This document shows, piece by piece, positions 56,843 through 64,000 of a DNA stretch of 64,000 nt (the stretch's first letter is position 1; every line of letters begins with the position of its first letter). The position numbers and the translations under genes are program-made. This DNA is from Bdellovibrionales bacterium RIFOXYD12_FULL_39_22 (GTDB lineage Bacteria; Bdellovibrionota; Bacteriovoracia; Bacteriovoracales; Bacteriovoracaceae): the NCBI GenBank assembly GCA_001770205.1, contig MEQL01000051.1, positions 1 to 64,000 of the forward strand. Reading direction: 5' to 3'. The notes below the pieces were generated by a model. The model ran no database searches, was not told the DNA's origin, and saw only the letters and a list, made by a program, of their open reading frames with translations.

Positions 56843-56878
56843 GATTATCTCCCGAAATAAAAACGCATAAATAAAATA

Positions 56879-58786
56879 CTATGGCCTGGGCCAGATTCGA
56901 TCAGAACGAATCAGAAAATCATTTAAAAAAATCTTATTAATGCTATCTCGCCACCCGGCAATCATTTCATGATTTTCTGCTTGCGTGGAAAACTCCTGCC
57001 AAATATCATGTTCTTCCATTGGATCATTCTCTAGATGGTAGAGTAACTCCTGTCCACTTTTTTGTCGATAAAGATATTTATAGGGTGGGGTTATTACCCC
57101 CAAATATCTTCCGCCATAAGGCTGAACGACAAAGAGCGGCCCCTTTTTAGGATAAAACAAAGAGTCTCCCAAAAAATGATTTGGTACTGATAATCCTAAA
57201 ATTTCTAAAATAGTTGGCGCGATATCTAATTGGGAATGATACTCTTCAATCTGCTCTGGCACAAAGGCCGGGTTATTTTCCCATAACATCAGAAAGGGAG
57301 TCCGAAAGGTGGAATTATAATATCCGATATGCGTAGAATAACTTCCCTGCTCGCCAGCTGGATGTCCATGATCCCCAGTTACTATCACCAAAGAGTTTTT
57401 AAGGTAATCTCTTTTTTCCAGTTCCGTAAAAAAAGTTTTTAAATATTCATCAGTAACTCGAATAGAATTGGCCATAAATTCATGAGGAGAACTTTGTTTT
57501 TTGTAGATATATCGCTCATTTTCTGGAACTTCATTAAATGGCCCATGATTAGAGATGGTGGTAAGGGCCGCGAAAATTTTAAGTTCTTTTTTGCTTTGCT
57601 TTTCCTTATCTAAATATTGGAAAAATTTTTTATAAAAAAGAGAATCTGGAATCCCCCACCCCCAACGACTACTCTTGCGCTCACTTTTTTTCACAAAAGT
57701 ATTATCCATTGCATGAACATGCCTAAATCCAATATTAGAAACAAATTGCCCTGTATTATCAAAATTTATATTTTCAAATGCTTTAAAAAACATCGTCTCA
57801 TATCCGGCCTTATTTAAAATTTCAGGCAGACAATTTAAAGAGAGATTAGGAAAATTTGTAAATACCTTTCCGCGGGTGAGGGGAAGAATTGAACATAAAA
57901 TGGCCAACTGCCCCTTAGAAGTCTGCATCGAAGGCCCATAGAAATTTTTAAAATAAACACTTTTTTTAATTTTGCTATTATAAAAAGGAGTATACTCCAA
58001 TCCCGCCAAATTTTTATTTTGTACAAAATTAGCATTAAAAGATTCCACCATAATAATAAATATGTGCGGAGCTGCAATTTGTGGATAGCGAGGTCCTGTT
58101 ATTTTTTTTCCATCTGCAACTATTTCTTCTTTTTGGTAGGGATATGCCTCTTTGGCCAACAGCTCTACTTGCTGAGCGGATGGAGGAAAATAGTACGCTT
58201 GCACCGACTTAACAAAAAGGCCTATTTCGTCATAAGCGTATGCTGGAACAATTATCATCAAAAAATAGATGAATATTGATGTACTTAGCACTTTTAGCGA
58301 AACAGACCAACTCTCGCTACGATATTGAGAAAATTTCTTATATTTTACCTGCAGAAAAACAAAAACCAGTAGGGCAAAAAAAGTGATAACTAAATCTTTT
58401 GTTTTAAAAATGGCCAAAATCACAGAAAAACTCTCTGCCTGTGTCAAAAGGCCAAAATTATCTGCCGCTACCGAATAATCAAAATTCCAGGCCGTGCGCA
58501 AGTGATAATGGCCGGCAAAAATATAGTAAAAAAGAAAAAAAATATTAAGCCCGGCCTGCAGTAGAGGCAATTTGACGGTAAGCTGCTCAAATAGACGAAT
58601 AAAGCAAAAAAGCGCGGGATAAGCGGCCAACAATAAAAAAATTGAGGCCAAAGAAAAATCAATAGACCCAATCTCTCCTTTTAATTGCAAGCGCAGTAAA
58701 AAAAATGTGTATAAAATCCAGGCCAGCTTGATCGAAAAAGTAATTGGCCATGAAAAAAAAGATCTACTAAAGCTCTTAATCTCCAC
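56879..58786 (-). CDS. LTA-synthase/sulfatase-like membrane protein
   Basis: N-terminal TMs, IMVESF, QTSKG, TISNHGPF, TGDHG, SQLDIAPT. Probable GTG start 58786, just after the deoC stop. Confidence 0.85.
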   Translation of the reverse strand: MEIKSFSRSFFSWPITFSIKLAWILYTFFLLRLQLKGEIGSIDFSLASIFLLLAAYPALFCFIRLFEQLTVKLPLLQAGLNIFFLFYYIFAGHYHLRTAWNFDYSVAADNFGLLTQAESFSVILAIFKTKDLVITFFALLVFVFLQVKYKKFSQYRSESWSVSLKVLSTSIFIYFLMIIVPAYAYDEIGLFVKSVQAYYFPPSAQQVELLAKEAYPYQKEEIVADGKKITGPRYPQIAAPHIFIIMVESFNANFVQNKNLAGLEYTPFYNSKIKKSVYFKNFYGPSMQTSKGQLAILCSILPLTRGKVFTNFPNLSLNCLPEILNKAGYETMFFKAFENINFDNTGQFVSNIGFRHVHAMDNTFVKKSERKSSRWGWGIPDSLFYKKFFQYLDKEKQSKKELKIFAALTTISNHGPFNEVPENERYIYKKQSSPHEFMANSIRVTDEYLKTFFTELEKRDYLKNSLVIVTGDHGHPAGEQGSYSTHIGYYNSTFRTPFLMLWENNPAFVPEQIEEYHSQLDIAPTILEILGLSVPNHFLGDSLFYPKKGPLFVVQPYGGRYLGVITPPYKYLYRQKSGQELLYHLENDPMEEHDIWQEFSTQAENHEMIAGWRDSINKIFLNDFLIRSDRIWPRP

Positions 58787-58787
58787 G

Positions 58788-59486
58788 TTAATACCCACGG
58801 CCACCATCCTTAGAAGAAGAAACGTCTGCAGAGACAATGGCCACGCTGGCCGAGGCACCAATACGATTTGCTCCGGCCGCAATCATCGCCTCTGCCTCCT
58901 GACGTGTGCGAACTCCACCTGACGCCTTCACTCCCATTTTCTCTCCCACCACACGTCTCATTAGGGCAACATCATGAGTAGTAGCTCCCCCTTTACCAAA
59001 CCCGGTAGAAGTTTTCACAAAGGCGGCGCCCGCGGCCTTAGATAAAGCGCAAGCAATAATTTTTTCATCATCAGAAATATTGGACGCTTCAATAATTACT
59101 TTTGTTAGTGCCGGGGCGGCAGCAACAACTACCGCTTCAATATCTTCCAAAACACTTCTGTAATCGCGGGCCCTAAGTTGATCAAGATTAATAACCATAT
59201 CAATCTCTAACGCGCCCGCCTCTTTGGCCATTTTGGCCTCTTTTACTTTTTCCTCCGTAGCAACAATCCCAGTAGGAAATCCTACCACTGCAATAGGTAA
59301 AACTCCGCTCCCCTTAAGTTTTTTTGCCACAAGAGGAATGTTTTTGGAATAAACACAGACCGTCGCAAACTTATACTCAATGGCCTCCTCACAAACGGCC
59401 AAAATCTCCTCTTCGCTAGCGGTAGGCCTTAAAATGGTATGATCAATCATGCTGGCCAATTTTTGATTAAATAGCACTTTAGACAT
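58788..59486 (-). CDS. deoC: deoxyribose-phosphate aldolase
   Basis: IDHTIL, VVGFP, EIDMVIN, FVKTSTGF, VKASGGVR, RIGAS. Confidence 0.96.
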   Translation of the reverse strand: MSKVLFNQKLASMIDHTILRPTASEEEILAVCEEAIEYKFATVCVYSKNIPLVAKKLKGSGVLPIAVVGFPTGIVATEEKVKEAKMAKEAGALEIDMVINLDQLRARDYRSVLEDIEAVVVAAAPALTKVIIEASNISDDEKIIACALSKAAGAAFVKTSTGFGKGGATTHDVALMRRVVGEKMGVKASGGVRTRQEAEAMIAAGANRIGASASVAIVSADVSSSKDGGRGY

Positions 59487-59602
59487 AGAAAATATCCTTG
59501 ATAAAAATGTTATATAAAATTTTACTCTTCACCTCTAAGAGTACCTTGCCGGCCATCTATTGCCAATCACGTTTTTTGTAGATATTTATACTCTTCTTCA
59601 CT

Positions 59603-60190
59603 ATGAATTTTGAACAAATAAAATTATTTCTATACCAACAAGAAAAACTTCCACTTCCTGGCGTGCGCAGAGAGTTACTGATTGAAAAAATGGGCCAACT
59701 GGCACAACAAGGATTTGATTGTCAGAAGTGCTCTGGAAGTTGTTGTTCCTTTGAAAATAACTCCATGCAAATTGACCTATTGCAGGCCATCGACATTATT
59801 GATGATCTCAAACAAAAAAATCTTTTAACCAAAACACTTCTTGATAAAATAAATAATTCCATTGTGCAATACCGCTTAGACTACAATATCTCGACCAAGG
59901 CAAATTCACTGTTGAGAAAACGCTATACCTGCCCTTTTTACACTCATAACATTTGTGGATGTCTCCTTGGCCTTGAATATAAACCATATGGCTGTCTGGC
60001 CTTTAATCCAAATTCGGCCAATCAATGTCATTCTGATTATCAAACACAGTGCATACGCGACAATCTATTTGCTTCCGCCGAGGCCTTTGCCAACCAAAAA
60101 TTAGAAACTATTTTAAAATTCCATTTTCCCAAAAAAACAATTCCCGAAGTCGTTTGGTTTGTACTTACAAAACTTAACGGACTATGTTAA
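59603..60190 (+). CDS. YkgJ-like CxxCxxxCC Cys-cluster protein
   Basis: CQKCSGSCC, CPF, C..KPYGCLAF. Confidence 0.75.
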   Translation: MNFEQIKLFLYQQEKLPLPGVRRELLIEKMGQLAQQGFDCQKCSGSCCSFENNSMQIDLLQAIDIIDDLKQKNLLTKTLLDKINNSIVQYRLDYNISTKANSLLRKRYTCPFYTHNICGCLLGLEYKPYGCLAFNPNSANQCHSDYQTQCIRDNLFASAEAFANQKLETILKFHFPKKTIPEVVWFVLTKLNGLC

Positions 60191-60199
60191 ATCAACACA

Positions 60200-61264
60200 A
60201 TGTGTAAGCAACTGCAAACTTCTTCTTTTTCTCTACCTTATGTTACCTCCTCCCATTTGAAGCTCTCTGCTACTTTTAATAAATCAGCTTCCTCTTTCAT
60301 TGTAGAAGAACTGCCACTTTATTCTTTTTGGGGATCAGGCCAACATTTAATTTGTAAAGTGATTAAACAAGGAAAAAATACTCAAGAAGTTGTTCAGCTT
60401 ATTGGCCAGCATTTCAAATTACACTCAAAAGATATCGGCGTGGCCGGACAAAAGGATAAAGAAGGATTAACGTCTCAATATATTTCCCTCTCGGTCGGGG
60501 CAAAATTCCCCTTGGAAACGGCAAAAAAAATCGCGGCGGCCATATCTTCTGGCCCTTCTCTTCTAGTTACTCCTATCGGTTTCCATAATAATAAAATTCG
60601 CACCGGCCATTTAGCAGGAAATAAATTTATAATATCTTTAGAAAATGTAGCGGAAGACGATCTCTCTATAGCTCAACAGCTAATTGCCGAAATTGCTCAA
60701 AATGGCGTACCTAATTTTTATGGAAAGCAACGCTTTGGAGTTGAGCATAAAAATATCAAAAGAGGATTACAATTTTTATCTGGAGAAAGAAAAAATAATG
60801 GCCATTGGCAAAATAAATTTATCTCCAGTGCCTATCAATCATATCTGTTCAATCGATGGCTGGCAGCGCGAATTTCTGATGGACTATACAATAAAATAAT
60901 TCCCGGTGATATTTTTTTTAATATTGGCAAGAGCAGACCACTTACAACAGAAATTATATCCGATGCTCACAGAGAATTTGCCGAACATAAAATTGTCTAC
61001 ACTGGCCCCATCTATGGGCCACAAATGCTATCTCCAAAAGACGAAGCACTGGCCCGAGAAGAATCCATTTTGCTAGAAGAACAAATTGATAAATCACTCT
61101 TTAACACCAAAGAAACTCCAGGTGCTAGACGCGAGGCCTTGCTCTATCCAGCTATTAACGTTACTAATTATGATAAAGGCCACCAAAAATTACAATTATG
61201 CTTTACGCTACCACCAGGTGCCTATGCGACCATTGTCTTACGAGAGTTTTTAAAAAATGACTAG
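60200..61264 (+). CDS. truD: tRNA pseudouridine(13) synthase
   Basis: GSGQHL, AGQKD, GHLAGNKF, PNFYGKQRFG, SAYQSYLFN, LPPGAYAT. Confidence 0.93.
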   Translation: MCKQLQTSSFSLPYVTSSHLKLSATFNKSASSFIVEELPLYSFWGSGQHLICKVIKQGKNTQEVVQLIGQHFKLHSKDIGVAGQKDKEGLTSQYISLSVGAKFPLETAKKIAAAISSGPSLLVTPIGFHNNKIRTGHLAGNKFIISLENVAEDDLSIAQQLIAEIAQNGVPNFYGKQRFGVEHKNIKRGLQFLSGERKNNGHWQNKFISSAYQSYLFNRWLAARISDGLYNKIIPGDIFFNIGKSRPLTTEIISDAHREFAEHKIVYTGPIYGPQMLSPKDEALAREESILLEEQIDKSLFNTKETPGARREALLYPAINVTNYDKGHQKLQLCFTLPPGAYATIVLREFLKND

Positions 61265-62598
61265 GGATATGGTACTCGTTCTAGCATTGAGAGCATCTTG
61301 CGAAATTTTTCTTTGGTATACTTAGAACGCAATTTGATCATCGTCTGCAGGAGGTCAAACTTTCCTTCCGGTGCATTTAAAATTTCATGGACATAATCTT
61401 CGGCAATCATAAACATGGCCACTAGCGGAGATAGATTGGCCTGAAGATTGGAAGTAAATCCTATCCCGTTTAACTCACCATGATGTTGCCTGATTAATTG
61501 ATCGACTCCTAACGGCGCTCGCGGATATTTGGCGACTAGTTCTGCCGCGTCAAAAGCATGTCGACCAACTTTTAATTTATCATTATCCGAAATCGTACTA
61601 CTATCCAATTCGGCCTGAGAATTGATGCAAACTAGTTCATCACGATCTAAAGTTATATCATGGAAAAAGGCCAAAAAACCTAACTTGTCAGCTTGCTCGG
61701 AAGATCCCCACTCCACCTGTTTGTTTAAAAGATTAGTTATATAGGTAATCAGCAAACTATGTTTAAAGGCAAAAGATGATTGATTCTTCAAAAGACGAGC
61801 AAGCAACAATTTGAGTGTGGGGGAATCATTAATGCAAGTAACAATCGATTGAATGGTTACATCACAAAGCTGCACCACTTCTAGTGTTAATCCATCATTG
61901 TTAATTTTAAAAGAGGCCAGCTCCATTCCCACTTCTGTGGCCGATAAACGATCATCCTTATCTAAGTTTTTATCCGTTAAGCGCTCAAAAAGGCCCGAAG
62001 TTACTGCCGCCGTCACTTTCAAGCGATCGGCCTTATCGACATAAAAATCCATTGTTCCTTTCTCGATAAAATCATTAATCAAGGTCTCCTCAAATTCCAG
62101 GCCAGCAAAGAGCACTTTGGTATAGATAAAATTTCCCGCCGACTCTTTATGTCTTATGTAAACATCACAAGGCGCAGTATGAATATTTTTAAAATAAGAG
62201 GTGGGCATCGGAAAATAGTGCGGCACCATCTGCGTGGCCATATCTAGCGCCGTCACTCCAAGGGTCTTTGCCGCTAATTGCACCACATCACGCATTTCAG
62301 CATTTTCTTCCAAAAAATCTACATGCAAATCATTAATTCCTTCTTCTTTTCCTAAGACAATCATAGGAATAGTGCGCGAACTACCTTTTAAATCGGTGTA
62401 AAGTTGAAACGCCACATCTTTAGTGGCCACTTTAGCATAAGTAATGATCAGGGCAATTTTATCAATTACTTTTAAAACTTCCTGGGCCTTATCCAGACTA
62501 TTTTTTTTTATAACCCCCGCACCGGAATACATCTCCAAATTTAAAGAAAACATATCCTGCCTTTTTGCATTGTCATCCACGAGTAAAATAAGATTCAT
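61261..62598 (-). CDS. degenerate REC plus HD-GYP-like protein
   Basis: LLVDD N-terminus, FFHDITL, RH, QHHGELNGIGF (GYP motif lost). Probable start 62598. Confidence 0.75.
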   Translation of the reverse strand: MNLILLVDDNAKRQDMFSLNLEMYSGAGVIKKNSLDKAQEVLKVIDKIALIITYAKVATKDVAFQLYTDLKGSSRTIPMIVLGKEEGINDLHVDFLEENAEMRDVVQLAAKTLGVTALDMATQMVPHYFPMPTSYFKNIHTAPCDVYIRHKESAGNFIYTKVLFAGLEFEETLINDFIEKGTMDFYVDKADRLKVTAAVTSGLFERLTDKNLDKDDRLSATEVGMELASFKINNDGLTLEVVQLCDVTIQSIVTCINDSPTLKLLLARLLKNQSSFAFKHSLLITYITNLLNKQVEWGSSEQADKLGFLAFFHDITLDRDELVCINSQAELDSSTISDNDKLKVGRHAFDAAELVAKYPRAPLGVDQLIRQHHGELNGIGFTSNLQANLSPLVAMFMIAEDYVHEILNAPEGKFDLLQTMIKLRSKYTKEKFRKMLSMLERVPYP

Positions 62599-62695
62599 CG
62601 CTAAAACCTTCCTTATCCAAAAACCGGCAACATCCAATAACTTATTATCGGCCGAGCATAAATTTAAATCAAGTAAGAAAAATTAAAGAATTTAA

Positions 62696-64000
62696 CTACG
62701 ATATTTTTTGTTTTAGAATATCATTTAACTTTTTTATTAACAGATCATCTATTTTAGGAATAAGTGCGTCTGGCCCTTTTTTCAAAACAAATTTTTCCTC
62801 TTTTGAGTAGATCTTAGAAAGAGCACTCAAATTACCGGAGTAAATCTCTTTAATCAGTGATTCATCCTCACCCTCAAAAAAATAGGCCAAAATTTTTGCA
62901 GATAATGTTGGTAAAAAAGGACGCATCATCACACCGAGTACAAAAACCAGTAGCGCACTTTGAGCAATGGTCTCCTTGGCCGCACTCTCATCGGACTTTA
63001 TTTGTGCCCAGGGAGCACGATCAGAAAAAAAGTTATTGGACATATGGCCAATTGCCATTACTTCCTCTAATGCCTTTCTAATATGATAACTGTCCAAATC
63101 ACTATTAATTTTTTTTATTGATTCTAGAAGTTGTGCATTAATTGGCAATGAGGCAAATTGGGAAAAATAGCGAGACTCAATTCCCTGTGGCCAATTTTTT
63201 TGCCAAAACTTCAAAACGCGATTGACCAGATTCCCAACATTATTGGCCAGCTCATTGTTGATCTTGGCATGAAAATGATCCCAGGCAAAACTAGAATCAG
63301 CACTTTCCGGAATAATGGAAATCAGATAGTAGCGCAAAAAATCGGCCTCAAAATCATCTAATGCTGCTTTTGCATCAATGTACCAACCAGTTGATTTAGA
63401 AAATTGCTTACCCTCTAAATTAACATATTGATTGGCCGGAAGATCAGAGACGGCCTGAACACGGCCTGAGGCCAGCGACATTACAGGAAAAATAATTCCG
63501 TGAAAAATAATATTATCTTTTCCCACAAAATTAACAATAGTGGTATTAGCATTATCCCACCAATCATTTAAGTAGTGATCGGAACTTCCAATGGAGCGCA
63601 AATATTCCTTAGTATTAGAGACGTAACCAATCGGGGCATCAAACCAAACATAGAGTTTTTTGCCGGCGGCCTGCGCCAGTGGAACATCAATTCCCCAATC
63701 TAAATCGCGGGTAATGGCACGATCATGCAAATTTTCATTGGTTAGAGAATCTACAAATGGATAGACTGTTTTTCGCCAACTCTCTTTTTTGGGTTCAAAC
63801 CAGTGCCGAAACTCCTTATGAAATTTAGACAGCAGCAAGTAGTATTGCGAAACAGAGACCAGTTCAATATTATGACTGCCACAAATTTTACAAACAGGAT
63901 TTTTCAAACGAGAGGCCTCAATCCATAACCCGCAGGCCGGACACTCATCACCTCTGGCCGCACTATATCCACAAGAATAACAAACACCTTCCACAAAACG
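62696..64000 (-). CDS. metG: methionyl-tRNA synthetase (5' part outside window)
   Basis: Zn knuckles CYSC/CPAC/CKIC, ITRDLDWG, YVWFDAPIGY, GKDNIIFH, KQFSKS; frame open to the window edge. Confidence 0.96.
   Translation of the reverse strand, partial: RFVEGVCYSCGYSAARGDECPACGLWIEASRLKNPVCKICGSHNIELVSVSQYYLLLSKFHKEFRHWFEPKKESWRKTVYPFVDSLTNENLHDRAITRDLDWGIDVPLAQAAGKKLYVWFDAPIGYVSNTKEYLRSIGSSDHYLNDWWDNANTTIVNFVGKDNIIFHGIIFPVMSLASGRVQAVSDLPANQYVNLEGKQFSKSTGWYIDAKAALDDFEADFLRYYLISIIPESADSSFAWDHFHAKINNELANNVGNLVNRVLKFWQKNWPQGIESRYFSQFASLPINAQLLESIKKINSDLDSYHIRKALEEVMAIGHMSNNFFSDRAPWAQIKSDESAAKETIAQSALLVFVLGVMMRPFLPTLSAKILAYFFEGEDESLIKEIYSGNLSALSKIYSKEEKFVLKKGPDALIPKIDDLLIKKLNDILKQKIS

Noticed and set aside
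58787..58882. Long N-terminal extension of the LTA-synthase-like ORF into deoC
   Set aside because: Overlaps conserved deoC codons; GTG at 58786 is the more plausible start.
2171..63361. Numerous 60-150 aa antisense or alternative-frame ORFs in the track
   Set aside because: They lie within well-supported genes and lack recognisable motifs or RBSs.
1..64000. CRISPR arrays, tRNA/rRNA genes, IS elements, recoded (Sec/Pyl) genes
   Set aside because: No repeat-spacer periodicity, cloverleaf or rRNA-like segments, transposase ORFs, or in-frame stops splitting conserved domains were seen by eye; a tRNAscan/Infernal run would be needed to exclude small RNAs.

Overview
AT-rich, densely coding bacterial chromosomal window with no rRNA, tRNA, CRISPR or transposase that I can see. 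The gene repertoire (many secreted hypotheticals, subtilases, degenerate REC/HD-GYP proteins, REC-PilZ) suggests a Bdellovibrionota (Bacteriovoracia/Oligoflexia-like) genome; this is inference. Left to right: a toxin-antitoxin locus; a c-heme sensor kinase plus hybrid kinase; asd-dapB-dapA-dapD; a beta-lactamase-fold lipoprotein with no SxxK motif plus an MFS transporter; an atypical S8 protease; a Xer-type tyrosine recombinase; a 10-gene minus-strand run (cysteine hydrolase, YahE/F/G-like trio, cyclase, three-subunit molybdenum hydroxylase, beta-barrel-like protein, FecR-like protein); alpha-amylase; subtilase; tetraheme cytochrome c; guaB; htpG; dksA; hldD; map; aat; a complete che cluster; rubredoxin; deoC; truD; and partial metG. 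Best leads: (1) a dif-like 11-6-11 site overlapping the start of a lone Xer-like recombinase, near an apparent GC-skew inversion, which could be a single-recombinase dimer-resolution module; (2) an uncharacterised catabolic operon joining a non-xanthine-type Mo hydroxylase to YahEFG-like genes, with a G10 tract; (3) strong over-representation of GGCC in every stretch I counted; (4) a CheA with tandem MshEN-like motifs, next to an extra Hpt-STAS protein. All counts are manual and approximate.
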